This document shows, piece by piece, positions 1-13,248 of a stretch of DNA of 64,000 nucleotides (position 1 is the first letter of the stretch; each line of letters starts with the position of its first letter). The notes under the pieces are model-generated. The model saw nothing but the letters and a program-made list of their open reading frames with translations. It made no database searches and was not told the origin of the DNA. This DNA is from Lingula anatina (taxonomy: Eukaryota > Animalia > Brachiopoda): NCBI GenBank assembly GCA_051362555.1, contig CM120644.1:25070534-25134533 (forward strand), written 5' to 3'. A program made the translations under genes and the position numbers.

Positions 1-254
1 TCCAACGTAATATCATATAAATTCTGTATTTCTCTCATTTTTTAGAAACTTGGGACTCCGATTCTGTTTCTGTCCTCAAAAATCAAGAGACGAAGGCACA
101 GATACTAACAAACGAGATTTAAACGAGAGTAGCAATTAAGCGTAACAGAGATAGGCATCCATTGTTCTCTGGGTTCTATTCATTCCGACCAATGAGAGAC
201 CGTAATACGGGCTCCGCCCCCACGCGTGTAATCTCCTTCTGTTATAACTCCTTG

Positions 255-3036
255 ATCAAAGCAAGCCTTGCAGACTGGTTTTGTTCAAACTGTCGTGCAT
301 CAAGTAAAGCTAAGTAAAGCCTGTTTCTACTTCGCAGTGTTCATCCCAGCCATAAAACTGCATGAAGGATAACAAGACTCCGTAGACCTGTGCTTCAGGT
401 TTCCAGGAGTCCCGTGTAACACAATAATATCGAAGGCCTGAGAGTAATACATATATGAGGCCGTGTATGAAAGATTTAACAAATTAGAAATTCAAGAATT
501 TAAACATGCTAGGTACATGCACATCACTTAATAAGTCATTTCACAAAAATCGCATCTAATTGTTTAGATTAACCTTTACTTTTATCGATCTCATCCCATT
601 GTCTCAACCACCTAAAAGAAATATAGAGAACATGAGGAAAAGTAACACGTTTACATGCAGGCGAAGGAGTTATACTTCAATATTAATCGCGAACAATATC
701 AACAGCGACTAAAGACCGTTGCCTGTCTTTCACACTTTTACACAAACACACGAAGGTTTAATAAAGGGAGTCGCGGCGCGATATCTACAGGTATCTCTTT
801 CATTCGAACAAGCAAAGGGCTGACCCGAAGTAAGCTTTCTATACTAATGTCCTTTTTATTGTGCATTGTAATTACTCTACTTGCTCGCCTCCATTGTCTT
901 GTAAAAGTGACAAAGAATGTGTTGTATTCACACACGAGATGAAAGAACTCCTTTACCTTAAGTTGCATAATGTCTTTCTCAAGGTTATAATCAGTGTGAA
1001 GAGGGTGTCTTGCCTCATTTAAAAAGGGTGTTGTTCTTCATACTGGTTGTTGCTTAACTTATGCTGATCTTAAACTTTTATGTACCAATATGGTTTTAAT
1101 AAATCGCTAAAATTATTAATTTAATGAACATTGTGTATCAAACGTTTTGATACGATTTAAATAAATGGACGAGGAGGATTACGGTATTAGGTTCTATTTA
1201 CCTCTGGCTTTAACTTCGCCCTGCTATATAAATGAACAAATCTTGCAGATCGTAACAAAAAACTTTCTTATAGTGTTTTATGACATATATGATTTACACA
1301 TTTGATAGTGAAACACTCCTCGACTTTAACAAATCACCTGACGTAAACTGTCTACCCGCGCTCCCCGAAAAAAACTGTTTCTTTTAATTTTGAAATGAAT
1401 TGCTTTTAAGGCAAAGAAGTCCATTAAACCCTTTAGTCTCAATATCATTGTACAGTATGTTGTAATCGATATTTAAAAAAGTTAATTTTTGTACTCCGCT
1501 TTCATCGAGGATACCTCAAGTTGAGGTTACAATTACGTCGCTCGCCTATGCTACTGGAATATATATTTAAGGACAAATTAAGCTTTGTAAAGTCCCTATT
1601 GTCACACACCATAGATACTTTATTTTGTCTTGAATGAAAAAATAGCCTCAAATTATCGTTTTGTGCTTAAACCTTTCATTACTTGAACCAAGATCTGTAC
1701 TATAGCTACCAAGACGTACATGCATCAAGTTGGGTCTGCTGGGGGAGGGGAGCATTTAAATGATAAACGAGGAAGTCTACCTGCAAAAGCAGCAGCAGTG
1801 GTTTAAATAATCGCTATCTAGACTCCTTTTTCTTTGACAGCAACATAAAAAGTGTTTAGGGAGAAAGTCACACAAAGACCCGACGTTGTTTTGTCTTCAG
1901 CATTTCCTCTTCTTTGTTATCTGCAATTACTATCGTCAATTAATGAAATCGAGAAAGCAATTAAGTGATGGCACATTGAATATAGTCACTAGGTGCATTT
2001 CGCTGAGTGTTTACAAGATCTAGCGACACATTTTATCGCCACGCGTTCTAGTTTGATTAGTTTAGAAAATTAAACAGTTACTCTGTCGGCTCTCCGTCAT
2101 TGCTATGAATCTGACATCGAATTTAGTCCAAAATATTAGTAAATTCAGAATTATTAGCTAAAACGTAAATTGCCCTAATTTGTCAGATAATCAAAAATGC
2201 CGGTGATCCACGCGGAGGGTACGCTTTCCTGAAGGTAGCGGCGACGAACGGCGACGATATTTTTCTGAATAGTGAACCTTTATTAGTTACGAAAAGCCCC
2301 CTTTTCAACAGGAGCGTTTTATTAATTACTTCATGTCACAAAGTTAATTTATACAGGCAAAACTTTATTTTAAGGAAATAGTTTCACGAAATGAACGAGA
2401 GTAAAATATTAGTCGGCACAAATATAAGGCATATAACAATGAGTCATGTTATGGATCATGTTATGGGCCATGTCGGATTATAATGGCATACCTTGATGCA
2501 AAACAGTCTATCGTTTCTTCCACCGCGAGTCCCTTTATTTAATGTAATGTATTACTCATTACCCGTTTCATTTGACACTCTCTCTTTTTATCTCCCTTCC
2601 CCTTTCTCTTGTTAGGAGGGTACATAATTAAGCACTCAAAATCTGCACCACCAATCTTCAGAAAAACAGAAGTCAACGAACCAGTGGGCTGATCCACAAC
2701 ATCTGACACAGCAGAATGAATCAAATAACAGCTAGCACAAATTTATATGCAGTTAGCTATAGTGTCACTACATACATAATCAGCTGCACGCGCGAAGCTG
2801 TTGAACAAAAGGATAGTTCGCTACGGGAGACCGTTTGTTTACATAAGTACTCTAAGGGGGCGTGGCTACCCAGGCGACCAAGGGATAAGGCTAGTTACTA
2901 TATGCCGTCAACAATCGTTTAGCGACCCTATCATTATACACTCTCTCTATTGTATTTTCCACCGCATTAATCGCAGTGTAATCTTCAAATGGTCCATGGG
3001 GTAAATGTACACATTCTTAATCCGAGTACGGTATAT
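255..3036. repeat. Left arm of a long, near-identical inverted repeat
   Basis: Reverse complement of 4828-7406 (atcaaagcaagccttgcag... at 255 vs ...caaggcttgctttgat at 7406). The ORF track shows mirrored ORFs (738-968/6910-7134, 2539-2724/5140-5337, 2801-3004/4860-5063). Confidence 0.95.
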
Positions 3037-4440
3037 TGCCACCAACCCTAAACTGAATGGGCATAGAAAGAACAAAGTGAGTCTCCCTCCCATTAAAAAT
3101 GAAAAATAAAAATAAATAAATAAAAAACAGATACTATCATTCTTAATACTGAAAAACAATAGCACCTTGCAGCCTTCACTGCCTCACTATTTGCAGACAA
3201 TGTTCTAGTCACTGTAACTGTGTACTTTTGACGAGGCATAGATGTAAGAATAACTCCTTTGAAGTATATTGTGAAGGTCTCTTTTGTCATAAATTTGCCA
3301 CGTATAACCTGAATGTACATATTGCGATTCACACCGCAGCAGCTTGTCTTAGTAAGGACTCAACCAGTTGAAAACTTGAGGCACAGCTTCAGGGACAAGA
3401 TCACACCATCTATCCTTGCTGTGATGATGGATCTACTAGTACATTATCTATGTCTTGTCCTCCTGGTTTCTCTAATACCATTTCCCCTGATCTATGCTCA
3501 CATCAATCTCTACAGCTTTACCAACTGCTACACAGTTTTTACATCTGAAAGTATAATGCAAAATTTGTAATAAAGCACTATCAATTTACTTGTTAGATAT
3601 TGATTTGAGGGCAAGAGAAAAAGGCAGAAACCTCATAATCAAGATAATTGAAAATCAAATAATGCATAATCAAATAGCTTTAATTGTATATACTACTGAT
3701 GATTTAATCTTTTAAAATTCAGCATAAATTTCTCTTGTTAAAGCATAGCCACTTTATTAAAATGTGCTTGAACAAATAATAATGATAATAATAATAAGCA
3801 ACCTGCACACAAGATGGAACATGGATGTCAATTGCCACAAAATAAGTTGATTTGTACTTGGTAGCCTGAGAAATAGTATCAGGTATTAATTTGAGCAGTA
3901 AATTGAGTAATAATACCACAGAGTTAACAATGACACTAGCATATGGTGTTATGTAAAAAAATTCATGCATTACTTGCTGTGGCAGTGTCCTCCTCAACCT
4001 ATCGTGCACCGCAGGTTTTGATTTTCAATGTCATCAAAAAATTTTATTGTTGTTAGTTTGATCTATGTATCTGCTATTCAAATAATATCGTTTGGAAAAT
4101 AACTAACTGATTTAATTTTGCTTTTGCAACATGAAATTATCAATAACTTTGCCGGTTCACGTGTATACAGTACCTTGCTATCAGTGCTGCTCTTTTCTCC
4201 CCAACTCGCCACTGACAGGATAACCACATCGTTTCAAAACAACGTTGGTATTCTCCTTTACTTTTGGTGTTGGCAGTTTCGTCCCGGGGACATCGTTTTC
4301 GGTTAAAAACAACGTATCGTTTTCACCCATCTATGCATTGCTCCTGTACAAAATGGCCGCTTGCTGCCCCCCAAGGGAAAAATCGTAGCACGTGGGTAGT
4401 TACGCAAGACCTGTGACGTATAACGCGCGCATCGTTATTG
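3032..4440 (+). repeat. Dispersed ~1.4-kb repeat, copy 1 (in the inverted-repeat spacer)
   Basis: Colinear, highly similar to 44874-46286. Paired ORFs 3093-3332/44935-45174 and 3719-4009/45569-45853. Confidence 0.9.
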
Positions 4441-4662
4441 TCGCGCTCGCGCTGGACCACAGAAACCGGCGTCATGGGGTTCACTCGTATTAAGTATTGC
4501 GTTATTCCACCTAAGCTATTGTGTTTGTGCGTTCCAATTTTGAAGGGATTTATACGGCCCTCCATTGTTTGTCCGCCCCCTTCTATTCATAAGATAGGGA
4601 TTAAAACATTTCGAACGTTGTAACACCGGTGTACAACGGAAACAAAATTATTCCGACCACTG
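4438..4662 (+). mobile_element. Terminal fragment of a non-autonomous DNA-transposon-like family ending ...CCACTG|TA
   Basis: Same sequence as 8791-9015 and as the reverse of 15481-15705. All three copies stop at CCACTG followed by TA, which resembles a Tc1/mariner end. Confidence 0.65.
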
Positions 4663-4827
4663 TAAATGTAGTGTTACTCAATTAAACACTTTTCCAACTC
4701 CTTTAGATCAACATACCTGTACCTTCATCTGTACTTTTATTCCCTGTTAAAATATGACAAAAGAAAGTTTTTATTTATAAGTGTTAACTACAAAAGTGAA
4801 ATTGTTCTTCCTGTACGAGTATATATT

Positions 4828-7406
4828 ATATACCGTACTCGGATTAAGAATGTGTACATTTACCCCGTGGACCATTTGAAGATTACACTGCGATTAATGC
4901 GGTGGAAAATACAATAGAGAGAGTGTATAATGATAGGGTCGCTAAACGATTGTTGACGGCATATAGTAACTAGCCTAATCCCTTGGTCGCCTGGGTAGCC
5001 ACGCCCCCTTAGAGTACTTATGTAAACAAACGGTCTCCCGTAGCGAACTATCCTTTTGTTCAACAGCTTCGCGCGTGCAGCTGATTATGTATGTAGTGAC
5101 ACTATAGCTAACTGCATATAAATTTGTGCTAGCTGTTATTTGATTCATTCTGCTGTGTCAGATGTTGTGGATCAGCCCACTGGTTCGTTGACTTCTGTTT
5201 TTCTGAAGATTGGTGGTGCAGATTTTGAGTGCTTAATTATGTACCCTCCTTCTAACAAGAGAAAGGGGAAGGGAGATAAAAAGAGAGAGTGTCAAATGAA
5301 ACGGGTAATGAGTAATACATTACATTACATTAAATAAAGGGACTCGCGGTGGAAGAAACGATAGACTGTTTTGCATCAAGGTATGCCATTATAATCCGAC
5401 ATGGTCCATAACATGATCCATAACATGACTCATTGTTGTATGCCTTATATTTGTGTCGACTAATATTTTACTCTCGTTCATTTCGTGAAACTATTTCCTT
5501 AAAATAAAGTTTTGCCTGTATAAATTAACTTTGTGACATGAAGTAATTAATAAAACGCGCCTGTTGAAAAGGGGGCTTTTCGTAACTAATAAAGGTTCAC
5601 TATTCAGAAAAATATCGTCGCCGTTCGTCGCCGCTACCTTCAGGAAAGCGTACCCTCCGCGTGGATCACCGGCATTTTTGATTATCTGACAAATTAGGGC
5701 AATTTACGTTTTAGCTAATAATTCTGAATTTACTAATATTTTGGACTAAATTCGATGTCAGATTCATAGCAATGACGGAGAGCCGACAGAGTAACTGTTT
5801 AATTTTCTAAACTAATCAAACTAGAACGCGTGGCGATAAAATGTGTCGCTAGATCTTGTAAACACTCAGCGAAATGCACCTAGTGACTATATTCAATGTG
5901 CCATCACTTAATTGCTTTCTCGATTTCATTAATTGACGATAGTAATTGCAGATAACAAGGAAGAGGAAATGCTGAAGACAAAACAACGTCGGGTCTTTGT
6001 GTGACTTTCTCCCTAAACACTTTTTATGTTGCTGTCAAAGAAAAAGGAGTCTAGATAGCGATTATTTAAACCACTGCTGCTGCTTTTGCAGGTAGACTTC
6101 CTCGTTTATCATTTAAATGCTCCCCTCCCCCAGCAGACCCAACTTGATGCATGTACATGTACGTCTTGGTAGCTATAGTACAGATCTTGGTTCAAGTAAT
6201 GAAAGGTTTAAGCACAAAACGATAATTTGAGGCTATTTTTTCATTCAAGACAAAATAAAGTATCTATGGTGTGTGACAATAGGGACTTTACAAAGCTTAA
6301 TTTGTCCTTAAATATATATTCCAGTAGCATAGGCGAGCGACGTAATTGTAACCTCAACTTGAGGTATCCTCGATGAAAGCGGAGTACAAAAATTAACTTT
6401 TTTAAATATCGATTACAACATGCTGCGCAATGATATTGAGACTAAAAGGTTTAATGGACTTCTTTGCCTTAAAAGCAATTCATTTCAAAATTAAAAGAAA
6501 CAGTTTTTTTCGGGGAGCGCGGGTAGACAGTTTACGTCAGGTGATTCGTTAAAGTCGAGGAGTGTTTCACTATCAAATGTGTAAATCATATATGTCATAA
6601 AACACTATAAGAAAGTTTTTTGTTACGATCTGCAACATTTGTTCATTTATATAGCAGGGCGAAGTTAAAGCCAGAGGTAAATAGAACCTAATACCGTAAT
6701 CCTCCTCGTCCATTTATTTAAATCGTATCAAAACGTTTGATACACAATGTTCATTAAATTAATAATTTTAGCGATTTATTAAAACCATATTGGTACATAA
6801 AAGTTTAAGATTAGCATAAGTTAAGCAACAACCAGTATGAAGAACAACACCCTTTTTAAATGAGGCAAGACACCCTCTTCACACTGATTATAACCTTGAG
6901 AAAGACATTATGCAACTTAAGGTAAAGGAGTTCTTTCATCTCGTGTGTGAATACAACACATTCTTTGTCACTTTTACAAGACAATGGAGGCGAGCAAGTA
7001 GAGTAATTACAATACACAATAAAAAGGACATTAGTATAGAAAGCTTACTTCGGGTCAGCCCTTTGCTTGTTCGAATGAAAGAGATAGATATCGCGCCGCG
7101 ACTCCCTTTATTAAACCTTCGTGTGTTTGTGTAAAAGTGTGCATGTACCTAGCATGTTTAAATTCTTGAATTTCTAATTTGTTAAATCTTTCATACACGG
7201 CCTCATATATGTATTACTCTCAGGCCTTCGATATTATTGTGTTACACGGGACTCCTGGAAACCTGAAGCACAGGTCTACGGAGTCTTGTTATCCTTCATG
7301 CAGTTTTATGGCTGGGATGAACACTGCGAAGTAGAAACAGGCTTTACTTAGCTTTACTTGATGCACGACAGTTTAAACAAAACCAGTCTGCAAGGCTTGC
7401 TTTGAT
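4828..7406. repeat. Right arm of the long inverted repeat
   Basis: Matches 255-3036 in reverse with scattered SNPs, a 6-bp deletion near 7086 and a ~210-bp deletion at ~7140 (left-arm ~522-733 missing). Confidence 0.95.
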
Positions 7407-8360
7407 TTGGCGTTACCCTTACACTGGTTTAAAAAGAACAAATATAAATATGTTCGATGGATTGGATGCCGGCTTTGTTATATTTTAACATTTGCATTTG
7501 CACAGTTACACAGATAATATTTTTAAGTTGTCTGTCGTTCAGCACGCATTATAGGCGAGTAGCTAAATAGTGACGGTGATCAATCCAAGCTCAATCTTGG
7601 CAAGTATCGTTTACAAAATAGATCATGTTGAATAAACTTAATTACGCTTTAATAAATAATCAACACATGGTTCGGTTATTGTCACTTGAAAGCTTTCGAT
7701 CAAAGACGTTCAATGAAATCACAAATCATTTGACGATTAAAAAATGGACATGTTCAAGGGGCAGTTTTTGTTTCAGATAAAGGGACTTCAGGTTCAGGTA
7801 GAGGGTTCAGTTACGTGTTTCATCGGATGATAGCATCACGCCCTAGGTCTAAGCGAGTTGAATAGAAGCTTTTTATCCAAACATCCTATTCCTAACTACT
7901 GAGTTAGGACAAAGGTCTAGTAACATGCACTGTGCAATTACTATTAATGGATCAGACGCATACTTGATTGTTTTTCCTCTGGTGTCGCACGTATGCATCC
8001 TTTCTTGAGTGATCTAAAACAATTCGCTAGTGTACCATGTTTCTCACTGTAGCAAAATACGTTCGACATGGTGTTTCTGAACGGCAGCCGGAGACACAGT
8101 AATTGTATAGGCATGCTTTAAGCTTGTTCGAGAGACAATAACAGTCGGGTTTAACAATAGATAGCGACCATAGTAAGACCCCCTCCTATTTAACTGATGA
8201 TTTACACTTTTAATTGACCGTACTTTCGTACCGTATTGTATGATCATACAGCCAGACTTCCTCCTGTTGCACGTTGTAGTTGGATTGTCATTGCGCCTAT
8301 GTCAATGCACCTCATTTAATTTCAATATTATAATATAAGCATAATATAAGTAATATGTTA

Positions 8361-9015
8361 TTTCCTTATTCCTCTTTCATTATCATTCATGTTTTATAAA
8401 TACTTGAACGCTTGAATGCAGATATTTCAAATTAAAACGTAAGTACATAAATAAATTATACATTTATAAATTAATGCAATAGGAATTTTTTGAGACAGAT
8501 TGATGCTGACGCTCATGCATTTCAACCAAACAAACAATAATTAGTTCAATTTTTGACTGCGGAAATTTCATATAGGATGAAATACAAATAACAAATTTAA
8601 CTAGCAGTTTGTTAGCAACACTAAAAACCAGCTGCGCGTGCCAAACTAGTGAACAAAAGGACAGTTCGCTTCGCGTGGCACGCCTTAGCATGGGTTTAGC
8701 CTCTTCAAGCTATAATCCTATCGCCGCAACAAACAATAGGGACCTTCTGGCTGATGTATCCTGCTGTTAATTACACCTAGTTACAGCGGATTGTCACGCT
8801 CGCGCTGGGCCACAGAAACCGGCGTCATGGGGTTCACTCGTATTAAGTATTGTGTTATTCCACCTAAGCAATTGTGTTTGTGCGTTCGAATTTTGAAGGG
8901 ATTTATACGGCCCTCCATTGTTTGTCCGCCCCCTTCTATTCACAAGATAGGGATTAAAACATTTCGAACGTGGTTACACCGGTGTACAACGGAAACAAAA
9001 TTATTCCGACCACTG
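8361..9015 (+). mobile_element. Longer copy of the same CCACTG|TA-ended repeat family
   Basis: Aligns by eye with the reverse complement of 15481-16094 over ~650 bp. Confidence 0.7.
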
Positions 9016-9048
9016 TATAATAAAAGAAAAAAAACAGCAGCTATTTTG

Positions 9049-9079
9049 CCCCGACCGGTTTCATTCTTTCTTCAGGGGG
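9049..9079 (-). ncRNA. Second copy of the minimal hammerhead motif (inverted arm)
   Basis: Reverse complement of 11016-11046. Confidence 0.65.
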
Positions 9080-9566
9080 TTTTGTTTATTTGTTACCAGG
9101 TGATGTCATGAAGGTTAAAATGTGACGTCTATAACAATGGGTGTTTATTTGTTGCTTTAACCAATGCTATTATCTATGCAATGTAGGTTTATACTTATTA
9201 ATGAATAGATTTTCTTTCATTTACCTTTCTGTTTGGGTTGTTTCCCTAGTGAATTTATAAAATGGGAATATCGTAAAGTCCTTGTTTTTGTTCATAGAGC
9301 ATTCCCTAATGTGCCCACTCACAGACGTGCATTGATATTTGGGTTGTCTTATTTGTTGTCTGTGAACGGTCATTCTATGTCGGAGAGTGTCTCCAGTTTG
9401 TCCTATATAGTTCTCACCGCATCCACTGCAAGTTAATACATAAATTAAATTTGAGCTAGTGCGGGTGAATGGGTGGTTAATTTTAAATGTAAGTCCATTT
9501 TTAAATGTTAGATGGCTCCTCTCTTTGTCTCTTACTCTTTATAATCTGCATTTCAGTTAGTATCTC

Positions 9567-10925
9567 ATCCCTCGTGATCTGGGCATTAAGGCAATCAGCT
9601 ATTGGATAGAAAGATATCCGTCACATATTCCAAAACATATCCAAAATACCCTCATTACAGAAGGACTTCTTGACAAACAACACTTTTCACTTCAATGGCA
9701 AACATTATCGCCAAAAAATAGGAACTGCAATGGGTGCAAAAGTAGCCCCCACTTATACTACACTTGTCTTAGGATACATCGAAAAAGGCCTGTACAAAAA
9801 GTGCAAAGAACGGTTTGGACTCGAATTTAGGTATCAGTTAGAAAACACATGGAAACGTTTTCTTGATGACTGCTTTATAATTTTGGACAAAACAGAAAAT
9901 GAATTGGAAGACTTCAACCTGATCCTTAACAACCTACATCCTCTTTACAATTTACGATGGATTCAAATTCAACACAAATCCCATTCATCGATGTTATGGA
10001 AATGAGTGTAAAAGGAAAAATTGAGACAGATGTGTATTACAAAACAACAGACACAAAACAATATCTCCCTTTTAACTTATGTCTTCCCAGACACATTAAG
10101 CACAACATATTATACAAGTTAGCTCGAAGACTATGCACAATTGTCTCAAATGAAACCACATTAAAACAAAGTCTCAAAGAACTGGAAGGATTCCTATTAA
10201 GGAGACAATACCCAAGACAACTGATACAAACTGGGATTAAAAAGGCAAAACAGATACCGATGAACGACCTGAGGACCACCAAAGACAAAATTAAAAAGGA
10301 AGCCAAACCGTACATATCAACATATAACCCCAAAAATCCGGAAGTACACAATGTCATAACTGGAAACTTACCTTTGGTAAAACAAGATGACAAAATGAAT
10401 GAGATACTAACTGAAATGCAGATTATAAAGAGTAAGAGACAAAGTCCATCACTTAAGCAAATTTTAATAAAAGCAAAATTTGAAAACAATTCCAGGACAA
10501 ATGTGGAAACCTCAACAATACGAGTACAGAAATGTGAGGTACCCAGGTGCGGCACCTGTCCAATAATTAAAGAGAGGAGCCATCTAACATTTAAAAATGG
10601 ACTTACATTTACAATTAAACACCCATTCACCTGCACTATCTCGAATTCAATTTATGTATTAACTTGCAGTGAATGCGGTGAGAACTATATAGGACAAACT
10701 GGAGACACTCTCCGACATAGAATGACCGTTCACAGACAACAAATAAGACAACCCAAATATCAATGCACGTCTGTGAGTGGTCACATTAGCGAATGCTCTA
10801 TGAACAAAAACAAGGACTTTACGATATTCCCATTTTATAAATTCACTAGGGAAACAACCCAAACAGAAAGGGAAATGAAAGAAAATCTATTCATTAATAA
10901 GTATAAACCTACATTGAATAGATAA
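9567..10925 (+). pseudogene. Penelope-like RT + GIY-YIG endonuclease, frameshifted and truncated
   Basis: ORF 9670-10005 carries the RT core. ORF 9957-10925 carries the thumb (YYKTTDTKQYL), a CxxxxCxxC motif and IYVLTC..YIGQT..R..H..E..LN. The two ORFs are in different frames. Confidence 0.9.
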
Positions 10926-11015
10926 TAGCATTGGTTAAAGCAACAATGAAACACCCATTGTTACAGACGTCACATTTTAACCTTTATGACATCACCTGGT
11001 AACAAATAAACAAAA

Positions 11016-11046
11016 CCCCCTGAAGAAAGAATGAAACCGGTCGGGG
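11016..11046 (+). ncRNA. Minimal hammerhead ribozyme motif in the Penelope-like 3' UTR
   Basis: cccc-CTGAAGA-aagaat-GAAA-CCGG-TC-gggg: conserved CUGANGA/GAAA core, GUC cleavage triplet, palindromic ACCGGT stem III and a CCCC/GGGG stem I. Stem II is only one A-U pair. Confidence 0.7.
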
Positions 11047-11070
11047 CAAAATAGCTGCTGTTTTTTTTTT

Positions 11071-11153
<83 letters not shown>

Positions 11154-11203
11154 AGCTCTTTCAGTAGGGATATGTTCAGGGTTAGGGAAATATATCGACT
11201 TAC

Positions 11204-11258
11204 CCGAATCAGACATTTTCCGTTTGGGATCATTCGGATCGTCCGGATTGCCTGTCAT
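11204..11258 (-). CDS. Orphan start-codon exon (MTGNPDDPNDPKRKMSDS+1 nt), paralogous to 17122-17176
   Basis: Same length (55 nt), same phase-1 GTAAG donor, similar upstream UTR (gtcaa..ggaa..tgagaagggg..ATG) and shared NDPxxKM peptide. No downstream death-domain exon was found in the window. Confidence 0.6.
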
Positions 11259-11948
11259 TTCCCCCTTCTCAACTTCCGTTGACTGAGGACTTTGACCGAG
11301 AACAAATAAGAAGATAAATGAAGTGGCTGCAAATGTGTATCATAGTTATTATATTGCAACCGTGAACTACGGAAGACGACAATGTATGTACATGTACATG
11401 GATGGGATTAAAAAGTCATTTTCAGTCTGATACTGGTGCTATGGGTTTTGTATATTGTCCTCTTTAAATCTCTAAGGCATGATTTTTTGCATTTTTATTT
11501 TTTGCCAACTTTAGGGGTTAGTGGGACATTCGTTTTTAAATATCGTCATGGAGCATAGTTCTTTTTAATCGTTTTGTATATTTGATTTTTTTATCTGTAT
11601 GCAGTTTGTCCTAAAATCTGATTTCATTATCTTGGTTATTTGTTTCTGTAAGTTGTGTTTTAACACATTTATTAGTTTATGAGAATCATATAATCGTCTA
11701 TTCATATGAAGATGGAAGTACATGTAGTATATAAACGACGGCAGACTTACTAAAAAGGATATGACCCTGATAGGGCCCGCTAACTATGCACTTTATTTCT
11801 TGCAATATGCGTTTTAATATATATTTTACTACATTAAAAAGAAAAAAATGTTTTTTTTTTAGTTGGCATAACAAGTGTATATACACAAGATTCAAAAGAT
11901 AGGTGTTTATTTGAATACATTGAAAAGTGTTTTTATTGAACTAAGGTG

Positions 11949-13248
11949 ATACCCCCGTCACATTAGAGGCAGAGTGAGCAAGAATGCCGTCGGAAAGACA
12001 ATTATTTGTGCATCACTGGACATTCAAAGAGCATTCTAAAAATTTCAAGTGCGTTTTAAATATTTTTATCCATTCTTGTGGTCAGCCCGAGTGTTAAAAA
12101 CTTTCGAAGTGCATTCCAAGTGAAAAATTATTGAATCGCATTTGAATAGTATTCTAATTACACTATGACTGCATTTTAATATTCTCACGGCATTCTGGCA
12201 ACATTCGAAACATTCTGCTCACATTCGAGGGATATTCGAACTGGCATGTGACTTAAGGCCCCCGTCACACTTATTCAGAACCAGCAGAAATCAAGCAGAT
12301 CCAGCCAGAATGAATTAATTAATTGAAAAGTTTGTGTCATAATCAGGAGGGGATTTCAAATTGCAGTCAGAATATTCTGAATGAAATTCAAATGCCGTAC
12401 GAGTGTGGTTTGACTGCTGGCCAAATACAGACTAAAATAGGTCTCGAACGATATAAGAAGCGAATACAAATGCAGTCAAAATGCTCCCGGTATGGCTGCC
12501 AATGATGGTTTGAAATATAAAGAATTCAAAGAGAATCCAGCTAAAATACCTAAAACAGTTGAAGTTACTTTCCAACATGTTTAGAATGTAACACGTTGCC
12601 CAGAGTGTATAAATAACGCCATTGGAATGGTAACTGATCAGAATGTTTCGAATGATGTCGGAATGCCTGAGAACATTTAGAATGCAGCCATATTGCAGTT
12701 AGGCTGCATTCAGAAAACCAGACTAACTAGTCCTCGGGCCAAATATGGTGACCGACTAAAAAGCTTACCGTGTAATCCACTTACAGACACTTAACAGATT
12801 CCTCGTGGGGAAGTACTCAAGTGGGTCGGCCATATTTGACCCTTGGACTAGTTAGTCCACTGTTCTGAATACGGTTTTAGAATACTGTTCAAATGCCATT
12901 CGATAATTTTCCACTCGGAATGCACTTCGAAAGTTTTTGACCTGAGCAAAACATTCGAGCCGGCCACAAGAATGGGTAAAAATATTTGGAATGCACTCAT
13001 AATTTTTAGAATGCTCTTCAAATATCCTGGAATTCACAAAGAATTGTATTTCAGACGTCATTCTTAATCATTCTGCCTGTAGTGTGACGAGGGTATAAAA
13101 TCCCGCCAGAATGTTTCGAATGTGTCTTGGATGAGCTGAAAGATCAATTTGAACTTTTTTCCCGAATGTGGTGCGAATTTAAAAAAATCTTTGTTCAGGC
13201 TCATTCTTCTTGATTCCTGCTAATTCCGAATAAGTGTGACTGGAGTAT
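11949..13248. mobile_element. Nested/overlapping non-autonomous TIR elements (CCCCGTCACA...TGTGAC termini; PIF/Harbinger-like)
   Basis: Inverted pairs 11949-~12240 vs ~12858-13096 and 12257-12315 vs 13200-13248. No coding capacity. The superfamily is inferred from terminus style only. Confidence 0.55.
12721..12857. mobile_element. Small hairpin MITE nested in the previous cluster
   Basis: gactaactagtcctcgggccaaatatgg... vs ...ccatatttgacccttggactagttagtc. Confidence 0.65.

Larger units (their letters stand above)
9018..11077 (+). mobile_element. Penelope-like retroelement: 5'-truncated body (9567-11077) preceded by an inverted copy of its 3' part (9018-9568)
   Basis: RT motifs (IPRDLGIKAISYW; QKIGTAMGAKVAP; RFLDD) followed by a GIY-YIG endonuclease. 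9018-9568 is the reverse complement of ~10398-11077 with an internal deletion. The 3' end abuts (TA)n. Confidence 0.92.
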
